64,000 bases of DNA from contig CM106585.1 of NCBI GenBank assembly GCA_048013815.1, positions 12,648,001 through 12,712,000 of the forward strand, read 5' to 3'. Below the pieces are notes generated by a model. It was not told the DNA's origin. It saw only the letters and a list, made by a program, of their open reading frames with translations, and made no database searches. The position numbers and the translations under genes are program-made. How positions within the stretch are numbered: position 1 is the stretch's first letter; the number at the start of each line of letters is the position of its first letter. Source of the stretch: Setoptus koraiensis (taxonomy: Eukaryota > Animalia > Arthropoda). Positions 12,192-26,057 of this stretch are shown one piece after another.

Positions 12192-13833
12192 GTGAGCCCG
12201 GCGCAACAGCGCCGTTTTTTATTCTCTTTGGCCGTCTGTGCATGTTGTGCGTTCACGTTGGCGCAACATCGTATGGCAACAAATAAGTATACTGTGTATA
12301 CATGTTGTGACGCAACAGCGCCAGCAGCAACGACAGCAACAACGCCAACAACGACAGCATCAACGGCAACAACAGCATCACCAACAGCGGCGATCATTCG
12401 CCGATCATGATGGGCGCGTTGGCTTCTTCGCTGGCTTCTCTTCGCTGGCTTCTCTCGGCTGACTTGTTGTCGGCCAAGAGAAGCCGCTCACCGGCGGCTT
12501 CTTCGCGCCAACTTGTTGCTGTTGGCCAGTGGCAAGGGCAGCTCGCCAACGAACGCTCAGCGAAAGAAGAAGCTTCGCCGCGCAGTGACGCGGCGATGAT
12601 GCGGCCGCTGTCCGCTCAACTTGACTTTGCGCTGTCGCTCGATGGAACGCAGACGCTGCAGACGACGCCAGTGAGTCATGGCCGGCGAATCATGCAAATT
12701 GCACATTGGCTGTTGCGCAACGTAGCCCAATGTTACGTAATGTGTGTGTGTGTGTTGCAACAACGCCACACTGCTGCCAGACACTTGTTGTTGTTGTTGT
12801 TGTTGTTGTCGTTGTTGTTGTTTTCGGCCAGCGCAAGACACTGCATCGCAGCACAAGACACCGAGGCAGCGCGAGACACGGCAGCACTAGACGGCGGCAC
12901 TGTAAAATGCAAATTGTGCAAACTGCCGACATGGCGCCAACATTGCGCAACACTTGACGGCCGCCAGCTCGCCTGACGCAATCCTTTTGCCAGTGGCCAG
13001 TTGTCTCGCGGGCAACAATAGCAACAACAGCGGCAGCAACAACAGCAACAACAACAACAGCGACAGCGACAACAATGGCCACAATGGCCGCGTCGCTGTT
13101 GCCGGCGAGACGGGCCACCGTTGCCGGGCTGCGGCCACTCTCAAAAGGAGCGACCACCACCTCCGCTGGCCACTATAAAATAACGAAATGAACGCCGCCA
13201 CACAACATTTACCTGGCGTGTGTGTGTGTGCCTTACGCAACATTACGCAACATTGCCAACATTGACAACATTGGCAACATTGGCAACATTGCCAACATTG
13301 CCAACATTGCGCAACACTGCAAATCACGGCTGTGACGCAACACGGCCGTGTGAGAACGAGTGTGCTGATCAGGTGAATCACTTAGGCGGCCACAATGGCA
13401 CCGACAACAACCGTTTAAGCGATACGTAACAGTTTAAGCGGCCAATAAAAGTCGGCCAGCTCAATATGCATAGGCGATTCGCGCATTCTCGCCGCCAGTC
13501 GGCCGGCGCAATTAGGGCTCATTGTCGACACGGGCTCTAAACGATTGCGCAACAATCGCCCGATCGCTCGGTACCGTTCGCTCGGTTGCGCCGCTCGCTC
13601 GGTTGCGCCGCTGCGCCGGGCCGCTCGCTCCGTCGTCGGGTCGGCCCGTCGCCGGCGTCGCCGGCGTCGCTGCGCCAGCGTCACGTGTGCGTCTGTTGCC
13701 CCGCTACCTGCATGAACTGGCCCGGTCCGCGGCCGGCCTGCGAGCGGCCCCTGCGAACGGCGCGCACCCCGAGGCGCTGTTGCGCAACATTTTATTCAAA
13801 TGTCCGAAGCGTCCGAAGCGTTCGAAATGTTGC

Positions 13834-13916
13834 AAAGTTCGGCGCGCTCGAAACGACGCAAGTTCGGCGCGCTCGAAACGAAGCAAGTTCGGCGCGTTCG
13901 AAATGATGCAAGTTCG
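13834..13916. repeat. 25-bp tandem repeat (AAGTTCGGCGCGCTCGAAA core) x3
   Basis: Three adjacent units, no spacers. Confidence 0.85.
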
Positions 13917-15521
13917 TCGAGAATCGTCTGTCCACTTCGACGGGCTCGCCAGCGGACAGGTTCTCATGTCGCTGTTGGCGAGTCCACTTTACGACTTGTC
14001 TGCCGCCAACACTGTTGTCCGGCCGGCCGGCGGTGCGAGCCGATCTCGAGCTCTCCGATTTCCAGCCCGCAACCTGCAGGCGAGCTAGCGAACAGCTAAA
14101 TCAGTTTGGGCTGTAACTCGATTAGGCTGAGCAATATCGAGTCATCATCATCATTATTTTCATATAGTGCGCTCGTTTCGAACGCTCCATCCATTTATTT
14201 ATCCATTTATTTATGCGATCGCTGGCCAGATAAGAGCGGCGCTTATCTCGTCTGGGCTTAGCGCCGATTATGGCCACTGGACGTACTGGGCCATACAGAG
14301 ATGGCCGTCGGACGGCCATTGGGTTGGCCGAAGTGCGCCGATTGTGGCACCGTGCAAAGTGACTAGTTGGGAGACAGTTAAATCCGAGTCAAATAAGGTT
14401 TTCGCATCTTTTTGTTGGCCCAAAATTGAAGGTTGGCTCGCCAAGCGAAGGCGCCAGATAAATGCGCCGATAATTTATTGTTGTCTGTCTGGCATCGGCT
14501 CGCGCCGACTCGCGCCAACTCGCCTTATATCGACTGTTTATTGTCGCTGGTGGAGCGGCTGTTGCGCCAACACCGACCAAATAACGCCAGAAAATGCCAA
14601 ATAATGCGCTAAAAAGCCAAATAATGCGCTAAAATGCAAGAAAAAGCCAGAAAAAGCCAGAAAATGCAGGAAAATGCGGGGAAATGCGAGAAAATGCAGG
14701 GCGAGATGCAACAATTTGATTTGTTTAATAATGGCATTACATGCATTACGAGCCGGCAAGCAGCGAGTCGCTGCTGTCAGTCGTTAATGATGACGGCAAA
14801 ATTGGAGCGATCCGTCAGTTGACTGTCAGACGACAGGTTGTTGTTGTTGTTGTTTCCACTGGCTTGGTGCCTGCCGACAGCCGACAGCAAACAGCCCGTC
14901 CTGTCCCGTCACACAAACAACCTGTCACGATCAGCAGGCAACCACTTGTGTGCTGTTGTTGTTGTCATTTTGGCCGCTTGTGACAGGTGAGGGCGCCCGA
15001 TTTGTTGAGAGTCTTAACGACGTTAAGTTAACGCTTCCACAATGCTCACAATAGTCACATGATGCTCACTACAAACTTACGTAATATTTGTGTGTGTCGT
15101 AATAATATCAGTAATATTCGCTATTGCGCGACTCAAGTGTTACGACACACACACACACACACATTACGGCACTCTGACACTGTCAGAGCACGAGTGTGCC
15201 GGACACCAGAGTGTCGTAATGTGTGTGCCGGACAACGGTGACTCGACGCGATGACCACTTGACCAATACCGTTTGTTGTCGTCAAAAGTTGTTTGTCGGG
15301 CTCGATTGTTGCGCTTGTTGGCTACGAGCGCTGCTAACGCTCATAACGCTCGTTGGGCTGTCGGCGCGCATTGCGCTCGTCGCGCTCATTACGCTCATTA
15401 CGCGCTCACAACAATGCAAATCGACGGACACCTCGCCGTCGCTGACTCACCGAGAGCCCTGACCAATTAATGGCCGACACTTGTTAGGGCGCGCCCCGTC
15501 CGCCGTTGCTTTCGTTGTGTC

Positions 15522-15535
15522 GTTGTTGCTGTTGT

Positions 15536-15600
<65 letters not shown>

Positions 15601-15614
15601 TTGTTGCTGTTGCT
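15522..15614. repeat. (GTTGCT)n microsatellite
   Basis: Directly visible hexamer run. Confidence 0.95.
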
Positions 15615-18600
15615 GGTGCGAGCTTGCACCACTCACACCTATTTGTGTCTGTCGACTAATCGTCTGGATCGCGCGTGCTGTTGCCAGCAACAACAGCAAC
15701 ATGAGCGTCAACAGCAACGCCAACGGCAGCTCCAACAACCACGCCAACAACGCAACCAACAACAGCGGCAACAGCAGCAGCAACAACACCAACAACACCA
15801 ACAACAACAACAACGACAACAACAAGGTTGCAAACAACACTTGCTCGGCGGATCGTCTTTCCACTTGCTCTATTGGCGCTAATGTCGACAGCACGATAAT
15901 CAATCTTTGCCATCGCTGGCTGCAGCAACAGCTCGCCAATTGCCCAACAGCAAATGGCCGCTGTTGTTGTGTGTGTGTGTTTGCCGGATCGGTCGCCATG
16001 GTTACCTGTGTCCTGGGTTACCTGTGCTCTGGGTTACCTGTGTTCTGGGTTAGCTGTGGCCCGCCGATTGGAGGCGCGCCTCCTCTCCCTGACTATGTAT
16101 CGCTGTGCGCAACAACAGGCTAATTGTTGGCTGGCGCTCGATGTTGTGCTGGCCCGATCGATTTGCGATCGGGCTGGCGCAGCTCGCATGCGGCCGCTCG
16201 AATTTCTCAAAATTCCGACCCATCGAAGCCGACCGAACTGAACCGACCAGAACTGAACTGACAGGCACAGGCGCTCGTAGGCAAATAATTCGATTCGACG
16301 GCAACACAATTGCAGCCAGCGCAACAAGTGCACAGCTGTAATTATCCCGTGTTTGTGTGTGAGAGCGTACCTGTTCGAACATGCAAGCGAGCGTTCCTGT
16401 TCGAACGTGGAAGCGAACATGCCTGCTCGAATGGAACAGCGGCCAGCGTGCCCAACAAACGCTCTGTGAGCAGTAATGGTCCCTGCGCAGGGCACACACA
16501 ATCTAATTACGATCTGTTCGGGTGCTGGCTGTGCCTATAATGGCCCCGCGCTGGCTCTTGGCCCGGCCGCGCGACGCGAGACTCAACGCGAGACTGGACA
16601 CTGGCCGCTCGACGCTCGAGATTAATGACCAAAGTGAAAGTGGCTTCTTCGGCCATCCTCCGGCCATCGCTTCTTGCTGGCTGCTGGCTGACCATTTGCT
16701 GGCCGTTCGCTGGTCATTTGCTGGCCGCTGGTCGGCTGTTGGCTGGCCGTTGGCTGGCCGCTCGTTGGCTGGCGCGTCGCGGCAGCAAATTGCAAAATTG
16801 TTGCCGTCGGTGTGTCAATCACCTGTAATTTGGGCTGTCTTGTTTTGGCGATACAACCAGAGCCAAAACAAGCCGGCCAGAGGCTGGGCGCAGCGCGTGT
16901 ACCGAGCGCGTCATTCGCGGCATTCACCAGCGCCGACTGGGCGAAGATGCTGCTGCTCTCAAACGCTGCGAAAGAATAAGATTGCGTCAATGAGCGCGAT
17001 GGGCGCAATTGACGCAATTTTGCTGGCTGTTTCATCGTCAGCAAATCGAGCGCGTTTTGCGATTCGAAGCAGCACACTGGCCATTTTAAGATTCGGCCAT
17101 TGGCCAGTCTGTTGCGTAAGCCAGATGAGCCGTGCCTGTTGCGTAATGGCTCGTCTTATTTGCCTGTCTGGGAGCGACAACGCGCCAACAGAGAGATTGT
17201 GTCATAATTAATGGTCAGGCGGTTTGTTTGCAAGTGTTGCCGGTGCAAACAGCGGCCGGCGTTGGTGCAGCGGCCGGCGTTGGTGCAACGCGCCGCCGCC
17301 GAATAAATCAGCCAGCACAACAAACGCCACTTGTTACATAACCACTTGCTGGCATCACCTGGCACCGGCGCACCATTCCAATATGGCGGCTACTGTCCAA
17401 ACACATTATTTACGACATAACAGCAGCAGCGTTGTTGCCAGTTATAAATAAATAAACTCGCTGGCGTAATTAATTGTTGCGTTGCGTTGTGTTTGCGTTT
17501 GTGAGCCAGGCAATTACGCAATTTTGAATTGGTCACTCATGATCGCGGTCGCTGGCGCAACCTTGGCCAGCGCCGCATAAACTTGATGAAATAATGATAA
17601 TAAAAAAAAAAATAAAAAAATAAAAAACCTTTAAAATCACGGCCATTTCGCCGTGATTTGATGCCGTCATTTTGTTTTGCTACACTGACCCGCTAATCAG
17701 CTGTGCAGCTAATGCTGCTCATTTGCGTATGGCGCGCGTATCGCGCATTCGCATTGCGTGCTGCCCGCTGCGCATCACAAGCGAGCTGGTCAGCTGGTAA
17801 CTGTCAGTTGGGCGCTGCTGTCACTGGTGCACCGCCAGTCACTGACACACCAGTCACTGGTGTGTCACTGGTGACCAGTGACACACCAGTGCAGACGTCA
17901 CTTTGGCCTAACAATTGTGTTACTGGCAATTGTTAACGATTGTGTGCCAAAGTGACAATTCCTGCGCTCTCGTGCGTCTGACGCAGCGTCAGCTGACCGC
18001 TGTCAGTGGCCGTTGCAGCTGACTGTCAGTGGCCGGTGCACTGCACCGGGTGCAGCCAGCCGCTGACGGCGGACATAAACTCCGGGCCAGGATGCGGACG
18101 CTGCACGACGAGGAAGCGAAAGCGGCGGCCCTGTCATGACCTTTGCCTTTGGCAGCACGCTTACGCAACGAGCGCCATTAGCATAATGGCAGTGTGTTGT
18201 CGGCTGTTGCTGTTTGCTGTTGTTGTTGTTGTTTGCTGTTGTTGTTGGCAGTGGCTTTGTTTTTCGTGTCGTAATTGTTTGTCGTGGTTGTTGTCGTTGC
18301 CACAGCAACTGTTTTGCTGGCCTGGCTCGTCCTGTTAGCATGCAGATTGCACAGGCAACAGTCGCAAAGTTTGCCGCTGTTACGCAACGACACATTAAAC
18401 AAGCGCACGTATGATACACTTTGCAGCTCATGCAGGTGAGTGTCATCTTGGTGGCGCTGTTGCGTTGCGTCATGTACGACATGTCGCCCCCGGCCATCGG
18501 CCGCTCGGTGCGCCGTTGACGGGGGCGCGTCGTTCGTGACCGCGGCCCGAGCGTGGCCGGGCCGCCGCGCCGCCGGACAGCGACAAACAACGAGCGACGA

Positions 18601-21138
18601 GCAACGACAAACAACGAGCGACAAGCAGCGACAAACAACGAGAGACGAGCAACCACAGACGACGAGCGGCCAATCAGGTAGCCGGGGTCGTGGTCGGCAC
18701 TGTGTGGCGGCATGACAGTGTTTGCTCACGTTGCATTACGTAAGTATTGCGAGCATATTGGCAGCAGCAGCAGCGGCGTCATTGGCAGCAGCAGCGGCAG
18801 CGGCAGTACTCATGCGGGGCACAGCGTGAAATTTGAAATTTTGAATGATACACTCACCTGTGCTATCATTGGCCCATTGCCAGGCTATGCAAACTCTTGC
18901 ATCATAACAAGCTACAACAATAATAGGGCGATTGCGTAAGTGCGATCGTGATTGCGCATAATCAATTTGTCCATTTGGTCGCATCCATTTGGCCGGCCCG
19001 GCCCGGCAGTATTGCGCAACTGCCATTGCGGGCACGTCAGCCAGTAGTTAGCATCAAGTGCACTTGTTGCCCACTGCTCAGTGTGTGCCCTACTAGCCGC
19101 ACCGTCCATTGTTTTAGCGGCTGTCAGTTGCGGCCAACTGACAGCCACAACAACGCCGCTTGGGCTGCCGTTTGCGCATCTCTCCCCTCTCGCTCTCCTG
19201 TTGTATGTTGGCCACAATTTACCTGTTGGCGGGGGCGACAGGTAAATTGTGGCCAACAAAATTGTGGCGAAATTCGAGCGCCGCTGCGTTGTTTGCATTT
19301 GAGACAGACGACGGCACGACCGTCAGATAGGCATCGGCCGCGGCGCCGCTCGTTTATTTCGCTCGACATGCGCTCCGACTCGGCTCGAAATGCGCCCGAA
19401 CTCGGCTCGAAATGTGCCCGAACTGCGCTCAAACTGCGCTCAAACTGCGCTGCCAAATCCGCGCTCGACATAGGCAAGCGTCACGTCGAGCGCAGTGGGT
19501 CCCGTAATTGAACAATCACCGATTGTCAATCGGACGGGCCAACGAGACAAACGGCCGATCAGATAAACGCTATCTCGGTGCGCCATCTGCGCTTCTGTGC
19601 GGCCGTGCGCTCGCGCCAGCGAGCCTCCGAACCGTCGGCGGTTCTCCGAAGCATGGCCGTGCGGCGAGCCTTCGAAGCGTCGCCGCACGAGCTGCCAAAC
19701 GGTGACACTTTGCCGCTGATTGATTGGCCAGCGGCGGGCTAATTGCCACTGCGAGCCGGGCCGCCAGAGTCCGACGAGCGCTCCGACCGGCAGAGTCCGA
19801 CGACGGGGTCGGGCGAGCAGCGCCATCGGTGCGTTCACGCGGGCAAGCGAGCGTTTGGCCGGCTGCATTTCGCGCTGCGGACGCCAGCCACCGGCCAAAT
19901 ACCAGGCGAGGCATTTGGCGGCCAAATACCTCGCCAAATACCTGTGTCGCGCAGGCTGGCCGGTTTGGCCGCGAAATGTGGCGAATCCAACGCTGGCTCG
20001 CTTTTATTTTATCGCTTTTACTGCGGCGAGTGGTGGCAGCTCGGCCGGCACTCACATTGGCGGCACATTCAGGGTTATGTGTGGCGATTATTGAGATGAC
20101 GGAGATTATTTCGCGCGTCGGCTGTGCAACTAATGCGATTAGGAGCTTCTTCTCGGCGCTAGCAGCAACAGCAACATCGGCAACAACAGCAACAACAGCG
20201 ACGGCAACAACGGCAACAACAGCGCCAACAACGGCAACCACGATGCCTAATCCCCGGCTAACAAGCTAAGCCGGCGGCTCGAATATCAATTCGGTGTCTC
20301 CTTGAATTGATATTCGAATTCGCTCGAACAGGCAGCAGCGTTCGAAAATAGAAATGTGTGCGCCGAGCAACCTGTTGCATGCTCGCCAGCGCCAACAGGC
20401 CGGCCAACAATTAAATTAATGGTTGTTCAACATGCTGCCAGCATCGCCAGCGACACACGGATAAAATGGATAAATGGTAGCAGTGGATGCTTGAGTTATT
20501 GGCCACGCTTGCGGCCGCTCTCTACATCCATGAGTATCTGCGAATGCCTGCGAATATCTGCGAATATCTGCGTATATCTGCGAATATCGGCGTGTATCGG
20601 CGTGTATCGGCGTGTATCGGTGGATGTGCGAGGCAAGGTTGCGAGCCGGGGGCCGCAGCCTCGCGACTTTCCAAGGTTCGCAGCGACCGGCCTGGCAGTG
20701 GCAGCGAAGGCTCGCCCGAGCTCGCTGGCAGCCAAGATTTATGGCCGCTCTCGGCGAAGAAGCGACCATTAATCCAGCGACCGGCCGCCAGCTCACCTGT
20801 TGCGCCGGCCGGCGCTTCTTCGCAATGTCGGCCGCGCAGTTGGTGGCGCTGCCAGCGGCCATCTCGCCACTGTTACCGTGGGCAGGCCACTTCTGGTGGG
20901 TTCGGGTTCGGCTTCGGTGTGGCTTCGGCGCGGCTTCGGCGCGGCTTCGGCGCGGCTTCGGTTCGAACGGATCGCTGAATCGTGGTTACCGCGGTGATAG
21001 ATGGCCGCGCGGCCAGCACGTGCTCGCCCGGCGGCTTGTGCCGACTCTCACTCGACTGTGACCCGATCGCGACTCGATTGCGGCTCGATTGTGACGGCGA
21101 GGCCGGCGACCGCGGCGTCGCGCAACTTCGAACCCTCG

Positions 21139-21196
21139 AAATTCGAACCTCCTGAATTCGGAATTCTAAATTCGAACCTCCTGAATTCGAAATTCT
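21139..21196. repeat. 29-bp direct duplication rich in TTCGAA/GAATTC
   Basis: aaattcgaacctcctgaattcggaattct followed by aaattcgaacctcctgaattcgaaattct. Confidence 0.85.
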
Positions 21197-24124
21197 AAAT
21201 TGCTTCGCGCCGCCCCGAGCAGAGCCCTCTTTTGTCACCGGCGCGAACAACATTGTTGGCCGGCCCGCGAACGGTGCCGTGAACGCCAGCCATTGTAAAT
21301 CAATTGTGTCAATCGCTGTCAATTGTGATTCGTAAATCGTCCATCGATGTAAATCGTCCGGCGATGTAAATCGTCGATCGCCGCCAATGGCGCATCGGCG
21401 CAACTGGCGCATCGGCGCAATCGCCGCAAACGGCGCGATCGGCGCAAATGACGCAAGTGGCGCAAGTCTGCCAACGGACAGCGGGCATGAGAAAAGGGCA
21501 AGTGGCCATTATAAATCAACCTGTTGCATGCCCGGCGAGACAGGCGGCCAACAATGGCCGCATTGACATTTGATTAATTGTTTGCCGTTTAGCCTTGCGC
21601 TGGCGCTCTGACGCTTTAGCGAGATTTAGCGCGATTCGGCGAGATTTGGCGGCCGACTTAGCGGCCAGCATTGGATGCGGCGGTCAGCTTCGAATGCGGC
21701 GGCCAGCATTGGACGCATCGCCGGCGCCCAGAAATACGATCCGCTCAAGGTTGCGTCAGCGGTCAGCCGTCAGCCGACAGCAGAGATTAGCGGCGATCGC
21801 GGCCGGCCGGCGACGGGCCGCACCATCGATCAATCACCCGCTCGGAATGCCTCCGATCGGGCGGCCGCGGTCCGGCCGGCGCAGCCCGCTCACCGCGGCT
21901 CACCGAAACTCAGCTTGTTGGGCCGAGCGCGGCCAAAACCAATAGTGATGATTATCTGGCGATGATTGATTTTGGCCAATTTCGCCAATTGGCCAACTGC
22001 CACAATGGGAGTCCCATTGTCCGGCGCTGTGTGTTTTGCGCGCCGTTCGCGTCCCGGTTTTGAGCGCCGGTTTTTGTGCGGTTTGCGCAGTTTGCGGCGA
22101 TATCTCGAGTTTGTGCCAGATTTGGAGCGTCGAGGGCGCGCTTATCATCGTTTAGCCAACAATAACAATATTAAAAAGTCGACAGCCACCAAACTTGTTT
22201 TGTGGCGAGATCATCGATAACGACGATAATGGCCAATGTTTGGCCAGTCGGCGCAACGTTTCCCAACGCGAAATTTCCGCTCAATTTGCGCCGCCGCTCG
22301 AATTGCGCCGCCGCTCGAATTGCGCCGCCGAGCACAATGCAAGCCAACTAATCCAAATCCATCATTCGGCCGAGCCAATGATCGATGACGGATTCCTCGG
22401 AAAGGCGCCTCGCCGGCGCCACTGTGCCCGGCGAGTGTCTCTGCTTTATGCGCTGCGCGCGCGCGTTACGTAAGCCTCTCTCTGGGTTGTTTGCATCACA
22501 CTGCGCCGCCGCTGTCCCGTCAGCGGGCCGGCCCGACGGCCAAAATGATTCATTACGCATTGTGTCATTATGTGTAACAAGACAGTCTATTTTTAGCGTA
22601 TCATTAACGGTGACACACAGCGAAATTGCCTTGCGTTCCAATGAACTCGGCACTGTCGTTGAGCCGCAACCATTGCGCCCCCCAGTCACTCTCAATTCGA
22701 GAGTCTCAAGTGCAGCAGCACTTGTCACACTCACCTGTTGCGTCACTGCGCACTTGTCAGCTGTCAGTGCAACAGGTGATCTAACGGGCACTGCATCTAA
22801 CGGGCCACTCGCTGCATTCGGCGCTGCCAGCCAGCGCCGAACAGCAACAAAAACAATCGGCTGCTGACGACCAGAGAGAGAGAGAGAGAGAGAGAAAAAC
22901 AAGTGACAGGTGTAACGGTAAATCCCGAGCGCCGCATCGTGTGCGGTCAGCGGCTCGCCGCGGCGTGTACTTAGCGCCGGCTGTTTTGTTTAGTTTTGTT
23001 TAGTTGCGCAACACACACACACACACACTGTTGCGTAATTGTCGCCACATGTAACCATACCTGTTCGCCTGTTGCGTAATCTGTAACTGTCAGTGTCGCC
23101 TTGAATCACCTGTCAAGACGACACAGCAATCGGTTGTGTGTCGCTGCTTTTTCATGGCTTCGCCACTCTGTGCCACTTACACGGACAGTGCAACTGTCAG
23201 CGATAATCCGACTGAATGCAGTTCGCGGATTGTCCGCAAATCGCATGCGCCTCGCATGTGTCCTATGGTCTCGCCAGCGCATAATGCCCCCATTTTTGGC
23301 CCGTGGGCGCCCTCTCTGGTCGCTTGTGAGGCCTTAGTGATTGACCAAGTTGGTCAACTGGTCAAATGGTCAAGTTGATCAAACGTTCAAGTTGGTGCGC
23401 AACTTGCACAGTGCGCCGGTGTGTTTGTCGGAGCGGCCGGCTACAGCCGGCGCGTTTGTTTGAGCCGCCCGACACATTCCGCCGGCTCAGCAAACCCGGC
23501 CGCTCAAGCCGGCTCAGCAAACCCGGCCGCTCAACGAGCTGCGTCCGCTCAAGACGCGGCGCCCGCTCGGCAAACTGCGCCGTCCGCCCGTCCGCCGACC
23601 AGTGTCAACAAAGAGACGGTTTGGCGAGTTTTCGGGCCGCTCACAATCGCACTCGGGCCGACATTGTGTTTGTTCTCGGTGGCGCGCATTACACCGGGAT
23701 GTTGTCGGTGGCCGGCGTGTTTGCTTTGCGCGTCGGTCGCTTCGGTCGCTTCGATTGTGTCCGACGCGTCGGTTAATCCGGGTCCGCGCCAACAAACAAA
23801 CACCGATCGCGGATTAAGAGTTTACAAGCGAGCGTCAAGTTCGGCCGGCACTTGTCGCGTTGGTTTGTTTGCCGTCTTATTGTTTGACGAGCGAGATTTC
23901 GCAGCCAGCAATAACAGCGATAGTAATAAGAATTTCCACGCACAGATATGCCGGTCGGCGACACTTTCTTCGGCTCGCCAATGTCATTCGCGAACAATGT
24001 TTGCCCATGTGCCGCCTTGTCGTCCGTTCGCTGGGAAGCTCCCACACAAAGCTTAATTATTGTTTGGTCGTTTCGCGGCTACTCGCCGCGTCCCCGCCAC
24101 CTGCCGGCCGCTCACTGCGAGATT

Positions 24125-24220
24125 GCGCATTGAGCGGGTACGGGATGGCGCATTGAGCGGGTACGGGATGGCGCATTGAGTGGGTACGAAGTGGCGCGGG
24201 TACGGGATTGCGCGGGTATG
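24125..24220. repeat. 23-bp tandem repeat GCGCATTGAGCGGGTACGGGATG x3 plus partial copies
   Basis: Units at 24125, 24148 and 24171. Confidence 0.9.
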
Positions 24221-24413
24221 AGCCGATTGTGTCGGGCGTCGCGGCCGTCGGAGGTGCCAAGCCAGGCGACAAACCGATCTATATTTGGCCGGCCAGCTCA
24301 ATCTTTATCGACAGCAACATGTCACCGACGTCGAGTGTGAGATTGGGCTCACGACGCCGAACGGATAATCACATGCGACAGGCCGTTGACATACGCAACT
24401 GGGCCGACTCACT

Positions 24414-24485
24414 GACAGCTGGCTCGCCGACAGCTGGCTCGCCGACAGCTGGCTCGCCGACAGCTGACTCGCTGACAGGTGACAG
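24414..24485. repeat. 15-bp tandem repeat GACAGCTGGCTCGCC x4 (each unit carries CAGCTG)
   Basis: Units at 24414, 24429, 24444 and 24459. Confidence 0.9.
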
Positions 24486-25999
24486 ATCGATGTGGCTTGT
24501 TGCGCAAGCACTGTCACCGGACAGTTACTTGCGAGTCTTGCGAGCTCCAAGTAAGTCACTAGGTGACAGACGACACTGACAGCGGGCAACACTGACAGCG
24601 GACAGCGGGCAACACTGACAGCGGACAGCGGGCAACGTGGGACAACGGTGTGCGGGGCCCGCCAGCGCCGCTGCCACTTTCGGTCGCCTGTCAGCTGTGA
24701 CAGAGGGAGCCCACTTGTCACTTGCTGCTGCTGTCGCTGTCGAGTGTCACTCTGTTGCAACCAGTGCCAACGTTCGAGTTGATTACGTAACAAGGACACA
24801 CAGAGTGTGATTGTTTGCAGCGATTTGTATTTGCCCATGATTAACGGTGCGCACCGTTACTCCACACTCGGGCCGGTCGATTTTTGGTGGCGGGCCGGCG
24901 CCGATCGAGAGTCGGACGGGCGACCGTTGCGCCGCTGGTCGCCAATCCACTCTCGACGGGCCAATCCGACTCTCGATCGCATCTAGAGTCGCCGCGGCAA
25001 AGCTACTTGAGAAGTTATCTCGAGGCATCGGCTCTCTCATCAATCGATTACAAGCCGCCAGCACTCTCTCCGCCGCCGCCGACCGTTTGCCGAGACCACT
25101 TGTTGCCCGGTTGTTGGCGTGGTTGTTGGCCGGTTGTTGCCTGGTTGTTGCCTCGGTTGTTGCGTGGTTGTTGCTGATGCCGTTACGATTGCCGTCGCTG
25201 ATGGCGCGCTTGTCGACGGCTCGGCTGACGATTGAGCGATTGCGAAAGCGGCCGACAGCGCCGGCGCGCAAACAAGTCGGGCTCTGGGCTACTGCGCTCG
25301 GGCACGCAACGGCCGGCCGGCCGGCCGGTCGGTCGCTGGCCCGAGCGCAATCAGCGGCGATCCGCTCATAAATTTGCCTCACAATTTGCTGCTGTCCGCC
25401 AGCGAGCGCAAACGCAAGTATCCACAAATCGGCGCACAATTTCAACATTTGGCCATTTCGACATTTAGCTCACTCAATCGCTCACTCGGTCGCTCTGTGT
25501 GTCCGATGATCATTATAAAATGATGGCGCTTCGTCCAATCGTCCGACGGGCCGCTGCGAGACTCGCCGAGACTCGCCAAGACTCTCGACGAGACTCGGCC
25601 GGCCACGGCGAGACGCTTAAATTAAGTGCCAGCCCATCAATAGGTCAATCGTCGCTGACCACTCGACCGCTAGTCGGCTCGCTCGGCGCTCATCGCCACT
25701 GGCCGGCCGCTAATAACCCGTCAATGGCGTTGCGGCAACCGTTGACGGTGATCGGCTCGCCGTGTTTGTGGCGCCACAAAACAAATTGTAGCCGCTCGCT
25801 GCAATTGAGTGTCCGCTGCAATCGAGCGTCCGCTGCAATTGAGCCGCTCCGGCCAGTTTAATTCAATTTCGGCGAGCCAACTCTCACCTATCGCCTCGCG
25901 TCGTGTGCCGCTGCATCCGCCGCCGCTCGTCACTCTCTCCGACCCTGTCCGGCCGCGACCGTCCGGCCGCGACTGTCCGGCCGCGACTCTGCCCGACAG

Positions 26000-26057
26000 A
26001 TCCGAGCCGATCCGCCAAAGTTATCGCCCGTTATAAACATAAACTCGCCACTGGAAA
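26000..26057 (+). CDS. ed: Candidate echinoid micro-exon (IRADPPKLSPVININSPLE)
   Basis: gacag|ATC...GAA A|gtgagt. Phase 0 to 1 would join the 12123 candidate exon to the phase-1 acceptor at 30315. No recognisable homology; supported only by splice signals and phase fit. Confidence 0.25.

Noticed and set aside
16600-16650. GRSTLEINDQSESG, resembling an Ig E-F strand (possible Ed Ig1)
   Set aside because: No YxC, no B-strand Cys or C-strand Trp, and no fitting splice sites.
20900-20970. GGTTCG/GGCTTCGGCGC run resembling a tRNA T-loop
   Set aside because: An 11-bp tandem repeat with no cloverleaf, acceptor stem or A-box.
21121-21200. GAA/TTC-rich array as heat-shock elements
   Set aside because: Spacing is GAATTC, GAAATTC or TTCGAA, not the nGAAnnTTCn register; explained by a 29-bp duplication.
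23657-23683. ADIVFVLGG, resembling a vWA beta strand
   Set aside because: No DxSxS motif, and the flanks are non-protein-like.
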